Shown: piece by piece, positions 44,077 through 60,521 of the stretch | Position numbering within the stretch: the first letter of the stretch is position 1 | Layout: every line of letters begins with the position of its first letter | Assembly (NCBI RefSeq): GCF_009914755.1 | Contig: NC_060930.1 | Source: the human T2T-CHM13v2.0 reference genome, Homo sapiens | Length of the DNA: 64,000 nt | Direction: 5' to 3' (one strand) | Translations under genes and position numbers: made by a program | Notes under the pieces: model-generated | The model's database searches: none | The model's input: the letters and a program-made list of their open reading frames with translations, nothing else | Told to the model about the DNA's origin: nothing

Positions 44077-45449
44077 AACATATTCTTTTTATAAGGCCAG
44101 TATAACACTGGTACAAAAACGTGAAAAAATATATTAAAAGACCAGTATTCTTATGAACAAAAATACTTAACTAAATATTATCTAATTGAATTCAGTGGTA
44201 ATTCAAAAGGATAATGCACATGAATAAGTGGAGTTTACTACAGGGCACAGAATTGTTTTGATCATTGAAAATCAATCAATGTTATGCTGTATACTAATAG
44301 AAAAAAAGGAACACATTATCAAGTCAATGAATGTGGAAAAGTATTTGGCAAAATTCAACACCTATTTATTAGTTGAACAAACTGATTAAATTTGGAATAG
44401 AAGGAAACTTCCACCAGCTGATGAATGCCATCTATTAAAAAAAAACAAAAACAAAGCCAAAGCTAATATACTGAATGATGAAATAGCAAATGTTCCTCTC
44501 CTGGGATCAGGAACAGGGCAAGGATGTCCACTCTCACCACTTATATTTAACATTGTACTGCAGGTCCTAGCAAGTGCAATAAGGAAAGCAAAAGAAGTAA
44601 GTATTGGAAAATAAAACTCATATTCACAAATGCATGATAGTATACATAAGAAATCCAACAATCTACAGATAAACTCTGAGTTTAAAAAATGGCTAGATAT
44701 CAGGTCAATATACAAAAATCAAGTGTATTCCTATATCTCAGCAGAAAACAATTAGAAAAGGAAAATTTTAAACTCATATTATTTACATTGCTATCAATAA
44801 GCATGGAATATTTGGGAATAAGTCTAACAAAATACATGCAGAATCTTTGCACAGAAAATTATAAAGGAGTTAAGGGAGACCAAAATAAATAGAGGGCTAT
44901 ATCATGTTTGTAGGTTGGAAGGTTAAATATTATAAAGATGGCAATTCTTCCCAAACTGATAATTGCATCCAAGTAATTTCAGCAGGGTTTTATTTGTTTT
45001 TTTATGGAACTGCAGAAGCTGACTGTAAAATTTGTGTAGAAATGCGAAGAGCCAAGACAATTTTGAAAAAAATAAAATGGTAGGACATACTCTATCAGGT
45101 GTCAGGAATAATTCTAAAAATATAATAAGAGAGTATAGTATTGACCCAAGGATTAAAAAATAGATAAACAGAATTAATCACCTTTGTTAAAATCAAGAAT
45201 CCATACATCTGTGGGTGTATTAGACTTCTCTTGTATACCCTCAAACGCAGTCAATATACTCTTACTCCAGTTTTATTTTGGCTTTGGCTAGCTTCCCACA
45301 GATGCAACCTGACAATGCTTAGCCTCTTTCTTCTTGGCCCAGACATGACTGGCCTGAACACTAAAGTGGTGAGTGCCTCTAAGATCATACTTGGCACTTG
45401 GGCATGCACTTTTCAAGAAATATAGGGAGTTGATGCCCATGGGGCCATG

Positions 45450-45622
45450 TAAAAGTACAATGAGAAGGCAGCTGTCTGCAACCCAGGAAGAGAGCCCTCA
45501 CCAGGAAACAAATCTGCTGGAATCTTAATCTTGGACTGTCCAGTCTCCTGGAACTGTGCGAAATAAACGTCTATTGTTTAAGCCATATTTGGTATTTTGT
45601 TACGGCAACCACAGCTAATATA
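45450..45622 (+). mobile_element. MLT1A/B-like LTR 3' fragment
   Basis: GAGAAGGCAGCTGTCTGCAACCCAGGAAGAGAGCCCTCACCAG...AATAAA..TGTTTAAGCC. Confidence 0.7.
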
Positions 45623-45624
45623 AT

Positions 45625-48600
45625 AAATAGTTCCAATACCATAAGAATCTCTTGCGTTGCTGTTTTATAATCACCTTCCATTTCAAATTTTGTCATTTAA
45701 AAAATAGTACATAAATGGAATTTTACAGTATGTAACTCTTTAGCATTGGTTTTTCCACCCAGCATAATTCCCTGGAGATCCATCCAAGTTGGTACACATA
45801 TCAATAGGTTGTTCTTTTTTATTGCCAAGTAATAGTCCACGATGTGTTTGTAGGACAGTTTGTTTAACCACTCAACAAACTGAAAGATATTTGGGATGAT
45901 TCTAGTGTTGGCCATTACAAATAAAGCTGCTCTGAATGTATGTTTACAGTTTTTTTTGTGTGTGAACATATGTTTTCATTTTTTTGGTATAAATATGAGT
46001 ACAAATGCTGGGTCACATGTTTACTTTTATAAGAAACTGTCAAACTGTTTTTCAGAGTGGCTGTACCATGTACATTCTCAGCAGCAATATATGAGTGGTC
46101 CAGTTTCTCTGCATCATTGCCAGCATTTGATGTTATCATTGTTTTATATTTTAGCCTTTCTGATAGGAATATAGTGACATTTCATTGTGGTTTTACTTTG
46201 CATTACAGAATGGCTAATGATGTTGACATCTTTTCAAGAGCTTATTTGCTACCGTATATACCCTCTTTGGTGTAATGTCTCTTTATGTCTTTTGCCTATT
46301 TTTGAATTGGATTGTTTGTATTTTACTCTTGAGTTGTGAAGAACTATTTATGTATATCCTATATACTAGTCTTTTGTAGGATATGTGGTTTGCAAGTACT
46401 TCCTCTGTAGCTTATCTTTTTAGCCTCTTCTCATGGATTTTCACAGAACAACAAAAAAAAGCTAATTTTGATGAGGCCCAGTTTACCAATTTTTCCTTTT
46501 ATGGGTTGTGCTTTTGGTGACAAGCCAAAGAACTCTGTCTTGCTCTAGGTTTTGAAGATTTTCTCCTATATTTTTTTCTAAAATTTTGTTTTTCATTTAA
46601 GTCCATGATACATTTTTAATTATATTTTATATAAAGTGTGGGGTTTAGGTCAAGGTTCAGGGTTTTTGTTGTTGTTGTTTAAAAGGCTGTCCTTTCTCCA
46701 TTGATTTGCTTTTTAACCTTTGTCAAAAATCAGTTGGGACTATTTATGGGGACTATTTATGGGCATTTCAGGTTTGTCTATTCTGTTCCATTTATCTACG
46801 TGTCTGTCTCTCTGCCAACACCATACTGTCTTGATTACTGTATCTACACAATAGGACTTAATATCAGGTAGAATGATTCTTCTAGCTATATTATTTTTCA
46901 GTTTTGTTTTACCTATTGTAGGGCTTGTGTGTTCCCATATTAATTTTAGAATAAGTTCGTTTATGTCTACCAAAAAGAAAAGATTTTCAGGGATTTTGAA
47001 TAATAGGAATTGCGGTAAATCTATAGATCAATTTGGGGAGTTGGCACTTTTACTATGTTATCTTCCAACTTTTGCACATGGTATGTCTCATTATTTATTG
47101 AAAACTTCTTCGATTTGAAGGCTTTTTGATTTATTTTGTCAGTATTTGGTAATTTTCAGGATTCTGTACCCATTTTGTTAAGTTTATAACTAAGTATTTT
47201 ATTTTTTTTGGAGTGAATGTAATGGTATTACATTTCTAATTTCAGTTTCCATATATTCATTGTTCATATATAAAAATTGACTGATCTTTATGTGTTTATC
47301 TTGTGTCTTCAGACCTTGCTGTTAGTTCTAAGAGTTTCTGTTTTGTTTTTTAGATTCTTTGGGATTTTCTGCAAAGGCATGTCACCTGGAAATAGGGATT
47401 GTTTTATTTCTTTTTATCACGATGTATGCGTTTTTTTTTCCTGCTAGAAAGAACTTCAGTAGCTAGAACTTCCGGTACTATGTTAAATACGAGTGATGAT
47501 AGCAGACATCCTTCACCCATTCCCAATCTTAAAGAGAAAGCATTCAGTCTTTCACCATTAACTAAGATGTTAGTTGCAGTTTTTTAAAAAAGATGTTATT
47601 TATCAAGTTGAGATAGTTTCCTTTCCTAACTTGCTAAGAGGTTTTTTTTTTCTTTCTTTAAAAAACGAAAAAAAAATACCTTAGTATTGGATCTTTTCAA
47701 GTGCTTTTTCTCCATAGATTGATATGATCATATATTTTTCTTTAGCTTGTTGGAGCTTTTTAATAATGAATTCAATTTATTTATTGTGTGTAAGGCTATT
47801 CAGATTGTTTCATCTTGGTTGAGGTTTAGTAGCTTGTGGTTTTCAAGTTTAAGTTGTTGAATTTATGAGGTAAACTTGTTCCTAATAGTTCTCCATTACC
47901 TTTTAATATCAGCATGGATAGCCTCTATTTCATTTCTGATATTGTGATTGTGGCTGTTTTTTTGTCAGTCTTGCTATATAGGTTTATCAATATTACTAAT
48001 TTTTTAAAGTAGTAGATTTTTGTTTTATTAATTTTCTCTACTGTTTTTCTAATTTCAATTTCATTGGTTTCTATTGTTATGTTTATTATTTTCTTCCTTT
48101 TGCTTCCTTTAACTTGCTCTTCTTTTCTAGTCCCTTGAGGTATGAACTAAGGTTGTTGATTTAAGACCTTTCCTCATTTTATGTAAGCCGTTAGTGCTAT
48201 AAACTTCCCTCTCAGTACTGCTTTCGATTCAAATCTTATATTTTGATATTATATATTGTGTTTTCATTAAATTCTATGTAGTTTTAAATTTTTCCTTTGA
48301 GACTTTCCTTTTGACCCAGGAATTATTTTTAAATATGTTGTTTAGTTCCCATGGGTTTAGAGATTTTCCTGTTATCTTTCAGTTGTTGATTTCTAGTTTG
48401 ACTCCCCTGTGGTCAGAAAACACAATTGGTATGATTTCAATTCTGTTAAATTTGTTGAGGGTTGTTTATGACCCAGGATATAGTGAATGGACCTATGGTG
48501 GTGAATATTTTATGAGTGCTTGAGAAAAATGTTTATCCTAGTGTGTATTTTTGTCAGTTATGCTGTTGTTTGATCGAGTACTCTCTATATGTTGTTGGTT

Positions 48601-51350
48601 GTGTTGTAGAGATCTTCTATATTCTTTCTGATTCTCTGTCTAGATATTCTAGAAGTTATTGAGAGGAGGGTGTTGAATCCCAATTAAATTGTTATTTATC
48701 TGTTTTTCCTTTCAGTCCTATCAGTCTTTTTTCTTCATATATTTTAAGATTCTGCTGTTTAGGATTTATAATATTTAGGATTGTTATGTATTCCTGATGA
48801 AATATTATATATTATATAAATTTATCATTATTCCTTTTATCATCATGTAAAATCCTCTTTATAGTAATCCTTTCTACTCTAAAGTCTATTTTGTCAGATA
48901 TTAACATAGCCATTCTTGCTTTTCAAAAATTAATATTTGTTTACATTGGTATTGTATAGGGGAAGAAAAGAAAAATTAATGTTTGCATAGTACAACTTTT
49001 CCCACCCTTTTACTTTTGACCTACTGTGTCTTGAATTTGAAGTTCTTTTATTGTAACCACATATAGTAGAGTCAGTTTTTTTGGTCCATTCTGTCAATCT
49101 CTGTCTTTTGAGATTCATGTATTTAGATAACTTACATTTAAGGTAATTATTGGTATGTTAATTCTGCCATTTTATTATCTGTTTTCTAGGATTTCCCCTG
49201 GTTCTCATTTCTGCTTCTCTTCTTTTGCCTTCCTGTGGGTTATGTTAAAATTTTTAATTCCTTATTGATTTATTTGTAGTGTTTTTGAGTGTGTCTCTTT
49301 GTATAGTTTTTCTGGTGGCTGGTCTGAGTGTTATAATATGCATTTGTGATTTATAACTGTCTACTGGTATCTGCATTTTACCACTTTGAATGAAGTGTGG
49401 AAACCTCACTTCCATTTAGGTCCCATTAACTTCCATGCTTCTAAATATTGGCATGAATATCAGGTGGCATTATAATTGCTTCAAACATCAAATATGGTTT
49501 ATTACACTCATGAGAAAAAGGATAGTCTATTGTATGTACTCAAGTGTCTGCTGTTCTCATTTTTCCATCTTCCTTACTGACACTCTAAGATTCTTTTTTT
49601 ATTACCATTTCCTTTATGTCTGAAGAACATTCTTTACCTATCTTTAAAAGTGGGTCTTCTGCTAGCAGCCACTTCTTTTAATTTCTCTAGTTCAGAGAAT
49701 GATTTTATTTCCCCTTCATTCTTTAGGATAGTTTCATGGTATACAGAATTTATGAAAGTCACTTCTTTTTTAAGCACTTGAGAAATACTGTGCCATTGCC
49801 TCTGGCCTCCATGATTTCAGGTAAGAATCTGCTGTCATCAGACTTGGTGTTCTATAAGTAATGCATTGCTTCTCTTTGGCTACTTTCAAGATTTTTCTTT
49901 TAAGTTGTTGAGTGGGGGGCCCTTTTTAACAAGTTTACCTACAATGTACCTAGGTGTGGATTTATTTGGGTTTATTCTGTTTGGGCATTCACTCAGCTTC
50001 TTGGATCTGTAGATTTGTGTCTAGTCAAGTTGGAGAAGTTTTTAGTCATTATTTTGTCAAGTAGTCTTTCAGCCTCCCCTTTTACAACCCTGGTGATATG
50101 GAAGTTGGATTTTTTTCTTATTGTCCCACAGATCACTGAGACTTGTTAATGTTTTGTGAATTCTAGTGTTCTGTACTTAAGTTCACTGATTCTATCCTGT
50201 ACCAATTCCATTGTACTATTGAGCCTATGTAGTTTTTTTAAATGCCACTATATTTTCAGTTTTATAATTTCCATTTAAAAAATAGCTTTTATTTCTTTGC
50301 TGAGATTTTTTACCTTTCATTTTAAAGAGGATTTGTGTTGATCATTGAAGTATTTTTATGACAACTGTTTTACAATTCTTCTTGTATGATCCCAACATAT
50401 GAATCACTTTGGTGCTGGTGTCAATTTTTTTTTTCTCATTGTAGTTGTGATTTTCTGGGTTTTAGGTATAACAGGTAATTTTCAGTTGTATCCTGGATAT
50501 CTTATATATTATGTAATAAGATGATGAGTTCCCTTTACATTTTTTATTTTAGCAGAAAGTCACACAGTTTAGGTTTAGCATGTAGATCTTGTCCTACTTT
50601 TGTGGGCTGTGATTCCAATGGCAGCTTAATTTTCACAGCCTTTGGAGTGCTATTGGATTATGGTCTGCTTGGATTGTGTGGTGCTGCTGGAATTCCCACT
50701 TGTCTCTGCTGGTCCTGCCTGAGGAAAGCAGAAGGGTTTTCCCCAGGCCAGCTGCCAGGTATCTCTTGGTAGGGAAATGGTGTAGTGGGATTCCTTTATT
50801 GGTGCGCCTTGCACATTGCAAAGTCTCTGGGTAGAGGAGGAGAGTCTCAGGGCATGGGAACAAAGAGGTTCCCCAGACTGTCTGCTGTAGCTTGGTCTCT
50901 TTTGCAGATTTTGTTTGTCCACCTCTATGACTCAGTGGAAGAGTGTTTCAGTGGTGGGAAGGAGAATGCTCCTCTTGGCTGCTCTTTAATGGGACTCCCA
51001 ATCAATATTCCTAGTTGGAGGGTTATGGCAATTCCCCTTGCTGATGACATGGGCTGCCCTGATGTTACCAGAGATTCTTCTTTGATCCAGGGGAGGAATA
51101 AACCTCCCTGGGCTGCTGTCTTGGTAGGTGGGGGTTAAGAAATGCAGGCTCTGTGTGGCCTCCTTCTGTTAGGTGAGAAACACGTGAAGCCCTGCCGCTG
51201 TGCTGTTTTTCCAGCCCAGGTTCCCTAATCAGCTCTCAGCCTTATTACCACCCTTCAGAGTCTCTTGCACCATTTCCAGGCTCTATAATTATGCTTAGTG
51301 TGGAGGAACAAGGAAAAGCAGGACCATGCTATCCTGTCCTGATTGGAAGT
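45625..51350 (-). mobile_element. Old degenerate L1M (MC/MD-like) block
   Basis: T-rich + strand; - strand peptides such as ILKLIW..IILPDIKSY..TVIKTVWCWQRDRHVDKWNRI and KRQRLTEW..ICG. Right boundary approximate. Confidence 0.75.
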
Positions 51351-52274
51351 CAAAATGCATTTTAAAACGTCTTTTTAAAAAGAATCAAATTGCCCACAAG
51401 GTTATGAGGAATTACCAGGGTGACATTCAGAGAAGACTGAAATCCTGAAAGAGTCTAGCATTCAGGACTATTTTGTCCTGGGGCATTGCCCTTGGGCATT
51501 GGCCAGTCTGAAAGAAAGCCATAAGCCTTGTGTAGCTGACTGTTAAAAGTTGGACCAGAGAGCCTGCCAAGGGTGGGAACATCGGTTAACCACCTCCTGC
51601 TAGGGGTAGGATCTCAAAGGGCTACCTTAGGAAGAACCGGAAGTAAACCAACTTAGACTGCAGCTTGACTTTGAGTATAAACTCAGTCATGGAACCTGGG
51701 TCCTGCCTCCAGCTCTGGCACTAATATGTCATGCAAATTTCACAGCTTTGCAAGAGCTTTTGTTAAATCAAGGGTTGAATGATCCCTTAGAGCTTTCCCA
51801 ACTCTATGATTATCAAGTATGTTTTTCAGCTAACGAAAAACAGAAAAAAAAAATGTGAGAACTAGAAGAGCTGGGGTCTTTCATTAGATTTTCTAGAAAT
51901 AAGAGGTTCTTGTAAGAAACTAAGACTAATAATAGGATACTTACAAGATCACAGGGCATTTTGAAAAGCAATTTAAACTTAAACTGCAGGTGATGGAGAA
52001 GAAATTGTAAAATACAAACTGAATTTTAAAAAATCCTAACAATTAATAAACTTTACAAAATGGCTCATGTAGGAGGATGTTGAGAAAAGATGGGGGCACA
52101 GAGAGAAGCTCCATTCCTCTGACCTTTCTAAAATTCTTACAATTAGTAAGATTAGCTAGTCTTTTATTTCCATGTACTAATTTGAGTTCACTGCATACAA
52201 AGCTTGACCATGAAGACATGCAGGTAAGACAAAACAACAACAAAAAGATGTCAATGATGATAAGTGATGTGATT

Positions 52275-54413
52275 TTCCCAGAAAAGTTAAAAGTTTTATT
52301 TTTCTTCAGGTAAACTCTCCTATTTTACAGGAAAATAAGTATCTGTAAGTAAACCATCTGATAATCAAATATTTATATATGAATTTACTTTCTTACTACT
52401 AATGTAATAGCACCTTCTAAAATGAATTTAATGCAATTATTAATTTAAATGGACAGATAGCATAATAGTAATGCTCTAAAATGGACCAATTTCACCTTCC
52501 AGTCATTATGCTGACATTTCAATAATACAGGGTAAGTTCATAGCTACAAAGCAAGCCAACATGAGTGCTCATGTATTCTGAGATGTCTAATCCAGAGTTC
52601 ATACTTCTGGGGAGTTTGCTACCTACCATATACTTTCTCAGCTTTTTAATCTATAGGCCATTTCCAATTATTTGATTCTATTCTATTAAGAGGTTTTATA
52701 ATGAAATGGGAATTATGTGCCAACATTCCTTATTGGTATTATCATTTTAAAAAATAAGACATTCACCAAATTTTAGGAAGCACTTAAATTTGGTTAAATT
52801 TTTAACTATGTCACTTTAGTTCTTCACATCCCATTTGTCCTTTCTTTCTGGAATAGTAATACAATTTTACCTACTCATTAGCCAATTGGTACATATATAT
52901 ACATGAAATCACAGTACTATCCATGTGTCTGTAAAATGCTATTTTCTTCAAGGAAAGTCTTTCTTTTCAGGGCTTCCTCTTTCCTCTAAGAAGCCACATG
53001 TAATACTATGCCTCTCCCAAACTTCTTGATTACTTAGAAATCTAAAGCACAGCCTTAGGTTGTTGGAATGGAAAAGACTGAGATGACCAGGCAGGTCAAA
53101 AGTACTACCTTGGAAGTAGAAGTCTATTTGTGAACTTGGATTCATCTTTGATTCCACTGAGCACCTGGTAGGTGGGTATTCACATATTTCTTGAAACAGA
53201 GCTATATCATCTCGGCTCCCGTGTTTTGATACCTGTTACCACAAAGAGTTATTTTGCTGCTTTTTCTAGTATGCACACTTTACCACTGTTCTGGGTGTCT
53301 TGTAAACATCTCACATGTGGTCCTAATTTTTTTTTCCAGGCTCCACACAGTTCTTTTCAAGGATCGAGTGGCCAATATTTTACCTAATATGGTTTGTGCT
53401 CTTTCGCAACTTTGAATCTTCAAATGCTCAAATCTAAAAGATGCTTGTGCTCTGTTATTATGCGCTACCAGAAAGAAAACATTGTTTTATCCAATTTGAT
53501 TTTTAATGTAATTAATAGTGATTTAATTTTCAAAGGAGCAAATAATTACAAACAAGAGAAAACATTGCTGAGATGGTGCCTGGTTGCTTCTATTCAGGCC
53601 ATTGCTGAACTATATAGAAAAAAAGTATATTCATGGTGTCTTCATTATTATGAAAATCACAGTAATATGACTCATCAGGAAATCACAATAATTTTATGAC
53701 AGAAACAATATATTTAGAACGAATCTGTCAGTATTTGACTCTCTTTTGAGGGAAAAATAAATGAAAACCACGTTCTCTGGAAAGAAATAAGACAAGAAAT
53801 GCCCACAGTTGCATTCTGCTGTTGGGAATACATCTCCAAAATTCAAGGTTCAAAGGTTATCACATTTAATTTTCAACACTTATCACCTTCTTCTTCTCTC
53901 AATTTATGGAGATAGATTTCTACGTTCATTATTCGGGATTATTAGAAATTTCCTTCAGTTTGAACAATGCGTAACAAGTATTCTGTGACATGGGTGCAAA
54001 AAGTTGTCATTTTCAATCAAGTTATAAGACATAACTGTGCATAAAGTGCATTTCAAATTAAAGTACCCATCAGGAGAGAAATTTAAAGTGCAATACATAA
54101 GGTACTTTACATAGTGCAAAGTTGCTAAATATATACATTATCTGCGCCAAGTCCAAATAAAGCAGGATCTTATCTATCCCTATGCTACAGTGAACAATGG
54201 AGACATACTCTCACATCTTTATTCCTTTGCAGGTGTAAGTATTTTGGTCCGTGTGTGTGTATGTGTGTGTGTGTGTGTGTGTATACCTAAATATGTAACT
54301 GCTTAATGGTTTCTGCAAATGTTTGGAACTGGTTTCCCAGAATTTGAAACCTTTAAACACTGACATAATTATGGAATCTCCACTTCAATATGCAAATCCA
54401 CTTCAAAGTAACA
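52275..54413 (-). other. ENPP5: ENPP5 3'UTR (end approximate)
   Basis: Follows the stop codon; minus-strand AATAAA at 52295-52300 (also ~52163 and ~54218); (CA)n at 54251-54282. Confidence 0.65.
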
Positions 54414-54841
54414 TTAGGCTTGTAATAATGGTTGAGCTATTTCAGCATGCATATCTTGTAAGGCAGGTATTTGACTGTGAATTAAATGCTTAATGAAAAT
54501 TACAAAAAATACAATCACTATAATGCTGCCAAGAGAGACCCCTATGAAATAAGGGTATGACCCCTCTTGGTCATATTCTGCTGGTTTAACACTACCAGGG
54601 AGGAGTATAGTACTCTGTGTATAAGGGACCACCCTTGGCATTGCTGAATTGAGCAGATCCTGGACATTCCAGAATGATCCATTGTGTGGCATGGCGGTGA
54701 TATTGAGGAGGTGGCATAGTAGTGGGTACAAATCTGTGGAGTTCATGGCTTCTTTTGAGAAATTCTTTCTGAAGGCAGGACCATGGGCTAAAAATATTGG
54801 ATGCATATCTGCTAACGCATTATCGTAACCGTGGTTGCCTA
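54414..54841 (-). CDS. ENPP5: ENPP5 last coding exon: GNHGYDN motif, transmembrane helix and tail
   Basis: Acceptor TCTTTACAG|TAGGCAAC; TM segment FIGVSLGSIIVIVFFVIFI; TAA. 829+177+428=1434 nt = 477 aa + stop. Confidence 0.96.
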
Positions 54842-56213
54842 CTGTAAAGAGAAAATATGTGAAAAAGTTAGCCAACTATGCATTAAAATGGACATAATTG
54901 TTGTATGGTCAAATTCTGAACTTAAATGCACATCTTATCTAGTTTGACTGTAAACATAAAACAATCTTTGACAAACAATCTCTGCTGTTGTCCACATCAC
55001 AATTCTCTTCAGGAATTGAAGAGTCAAATGGTTGTGAATCTTTCTTACAGGCCAACAGTGGCTTAAGCAGCAGGGGAAGAAGGGTAAAGAACAAAGCAGA
55101 GCCAAGTTAGGGAAAAATTAGAGTTTTTGTTTGTTTGTTTGTTTTGTTTTTGTTTTTTACTGGTGGCAAAGTAATATTCAGCAAATACTTATGGGGTACC
55201 TACTATGTTCCAATTATTATTCTAAAGATAAAGAGATAAAGGTGCTCTTAGTCTTAATCTGAAGCCAATAAACTCATAGTTACCAATAAAAGGGAAAATA
55301 CGATACATAAAGAAAAGCAAAAGAAACCATAAAAATCAAACCTGTACTTACAGCTATAATCTACTACTAAAAAACAAAGGTCAGAGTGGAGGAGAGTAGG
55401 AAACTCCTGATTTTGGTAGCTCTAATCAGGATCCAACTTAGCATTATGTGCTTTTAGTGTGGCTACAAATAAGGTAAAAACTTGGGGGTCTTCTGACACA
55501 TGTGTCAAGTGACATAAAATGGATACGAAATTGATAATAGCTGGATTTCAAAGTCATGTGTGCTTAGCATGGTATCAAGGTACAAGGCAAAGGAGCTACT
55601 GCTGATAAGATGGCACCCAAGCAAAACTGACAGGCTTTATCTTAAAGGTGGCAAGGAGAATGACTAGTAAATCCATCTCTAATACTTATACTTGCTTCAG
55701 GGAACTATGCAATAGGAACGCTCCCTGCCCCATCCACCTCGAAAAAATCCTAAATCAGTTTTTCGAAAAGTCATAAACTGACCCCTAGTCATTTCAAAGT
55801 AATTTGAAATCTACCAGGAAAAGCGTATCTAAAGAAGTCATTCTAGATGCCATGATTCTTTTAGGTTTATTTAAGTAAAAATAGCACTGAAATTATGAAT
55901 CACTAGTAATTATCTGACAGGGTACTATGCTATTTCATTAATTGATAGTCGCACTGGGAATATATCATTATATACTTTGTAATTGACTGGATGATTGCTG
56001 TGTTCATTTCTATGAGAAGTTGGGACCTAGACTCTCACTCATGAAGGCAAAGATAATTATCTTATATCACACTTCTTACTAGAAATTCAGACTTAAAATT
56101 AAGTCATTGTGACTTATGTAAAAGCTTTCCTATGAATAGGGACTTTGTTTTGTAGTGGTAGCCCCGATCATAAATGCTTGATCAAGTAGATGGTATTTAT
56201 AAAGTATGCCTAA

Positions 56214-57493
<1,280 letters not shown>

Positions 57494-57766
57494 TTTGGGG
57501 CATTAGGGCTTAACTATTCTGGCTTAGGTATACAGTGGTCAATCTTTAATTAATTATTGAATCATTAAACATAATATAAATTGAGTATTATTAAGGTTTT
57601 CTATCAAAAATAGAGGTGACCAATCTATTGTGTAACTGTAGTTCAGCAAACCATTTCTAGAGGGCCCTTTGAATTTATATTAACTTTAAAATACAAATCT
57701 TGCCAAAGATAGCAGTCCTTTGTTGAGCAAGCCCTCTAACATAAGAGCTACCTGCACAAGACATAA

Positions 57767-58127
<361 letters not shown>

Positions 58128-58474
58128 AAAAACCGTTTTAAGAACCAGAAACCATGTATCTGTATACATCTGCCACTATGAGTCACGAGCACACTACAAA
58201 TGCCATTGTTCAGGCATCTGCTTTTCTTTTAATCAATAAACATGATAGAAACCCAATTCTACCTAAAGGGACATTTTGTATATATCTTTTACATATCAAG
58301 GACCAATATCTAAAAAAAGCATTTTTAGATAAGTACGAAAACATTGTAGTTCCTTAATATTCAAGTAACAGACAGTAAAAATATCAATCAATAAACTGCT
58401 GTATTATGTATTTAAACTGTTGTATTTTAGCAAAAAGTAATGCAGAATGGAAAGAAATACTGTAACATACTCAC

Positions 58475-58651
58475 ACAGAAAGTCATCTGACTTATTCTGT
58501 AAAATGTGCCACCCTTCATCAGCCACTGCTATGATTGGTTGAATTCGACTGTTGTATTTGTAATGCCACCTTTCTGGAACGTCTTCTTTTTTGTAAACAG
58601 TAAGATTAGGATGAGCGTGAGTTAGTGCTTCATAGACTTCATCAAATTTAC
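58475..58651 (-). CDS. ENPP5: ENPP5 coding exon 2
   Basis: Acceptor TCTCTTTAG|GTAAATTT; (G)KFDEVYEAL...[24 protein letters not shown]; donor T|GTGAGT; 177 nt. Confidence 0.96.
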
Positions 58652-59261
58652 CTAAAGAGAAGGGAGGAGAGGCACTCAGAACAAAATACTCATAGCTACC
58701 ATCAGCCATGGGCAACAGACTTGCTACGGAGGTGAAAAACCAGAGAGCTGAACATAAGAAAAAATTCTTTTTCCCCTTGGGGAAAACAATTTTGGGAGGG
58801 GAAACTAGGAAATAATCTTCTGTTGTAAGTTCACCTTATAGAATTAAGGAAGGGCATTTTATAGAACCAGAAACCTCTAAAGACTTCAATACACACACAT
58901 ATTAATTAGTGACACTATGTAAAATGTCTAGGGTACTGCAATACCCAAATAAAAATGGCTAGGTTCTGGTAGTTGTGAGTGCAGACACGAAGAATCTCCA
59001 GACAAGAAAACATGGTGAGGGGTGGGTGAGGGCTGGGAAAAGAGGCTGGAGGTGGAAAGCAGTTTGTAAAATGGAAACATCTGAAAACACTGGAGGTGTT
59101 GCCAAAGTACTCCCTATAACTACAAATGCGGTTACCCAGGCACTGTCTTTCATCCTCCTGTTTTTCAAATCCATTGCTGAGGTTGCATCCTTATCTTCTG
59201 CACCGCAACAAGAGGACATCATTCCAATTTTATAAAGGAAATCGAAGGGTTAATGTAATTT

Positions 59262-59669
59262 TCTCCCCTTCCATTTCCTCTTCCCTTCCCTCTTCCCTTC
59301 CTCCTTCCCTCCCTCCTCTCTCTCTCTTTCACCCCCTTCTCTTCCCTCCCTCTCTCTCTCTCTTTCCCCCTCAGTCTCTCTTTTTCTTTCTTTTTTTTCT
59401 TTCGACTGTGTCTCCCTGTCGCCCAAGGAGGAGTGCAGTGATATGATCATAGCTCACTGTAACCTAGAACTCCTGGGCTCAAGCAACCCTTCCACCTCAG
59501 CCTGGGACACAGGCATGTGTCACCACACCAGGCTATTTTTTTTTTTTTTTTTTTTAGCAACAGAGTCTTGCTATGTTGCCCAGGCTGGCCTCAAACTCCT
59601 GGCCTCAAGTGACCCTGCTGCCTCAGCCTCCCAAAGTGCTGAGATTATAGGCGTGAGCAACCACTCCTA
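59262..59669 (-). mobile_element. AluJ-like element whose tail expanded into a ~140-bp CT-rich tract
   Basis: GATCATAGCTCACTG, CTCCTGGGCTCAAGC diagnostics; polypyrimidine tract 59262-59402. Confidence 0.85.
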
Positions 59670-60521
59670 GCTAATTTTCTTAAACCAGAAAAAAAGTGCT
59701 GTTTGCTGAAAACTGTGTGTGTAAAACACACACATATTTTAACATTCGCTGTTTCATATGATTCTAATTCCCCTCTGAGGGATGGAATTCTCATTTGTGA
59801 AATATTATAGCTTTTCAAAATCTGTTCTCTCATTTGATACCTAAGACCAACCCTGCAAAGTGATAAAATATGTCAAAGAGCATGTCTGAGTCATGTTGTC
59901 ACTTATTTTGTGACCTCAGGATGTTAAACCTTTTGAGGTCACTTACCTGTCATTTACTTCTCTTTAAAATGGAGACAATACTGAGGTGACAGGTTTGGTA
60001 TAAGGATTCCAGGAGAGGTTTGTAAAAAGTTTAAGGTATTGTTATTACTTTCCACATTTATAAGGAAAATAAACCTCAGATTGACCAAAGCTCTTTCTCC
60101 TTCTTATCTTCCACAGCTTCCTTGTTAAGCAGGTCCAAATTAGGAACCTATAAAAGGCTTTGGGGCTTCTATGAAATAACTGTACATGCATTCAAGTTTT
60201 GTATGTATCTTTCCATCTCAATTTTTCTGAGAAGGGAGGCTATAGCTTTCATAATATTCTATGGATCCAAAATGGTTAAAACCTACTGCCATACATACAT
60301 AGAGCACATCAATTTCAGTATTCTAGGAAAAAGGAAAAAAAAATTAGGCTTTGAAAAAAGAGATTTTGTCTTTTCAGAGTCTGAGGATTAAATCCCAGAA
60401 TATTACCATGACACAGGCAAAGTCTACTTTAAAGGCGCAGCAACAGAAATCCCTGTTCATTTGATCACACTGGGCAAATGCACATCTAGTCTCAGCTCAC
60501 CATTCATTCAGTCAGCCTTAC

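Noticed and set aside
46736-46763. Small tandem duplications (GGGACTATTTATG x2; also TATGGTTTAGTT x2 near 33667)
   Set aside because: Ordinary slippage-scale events with no supporting context.
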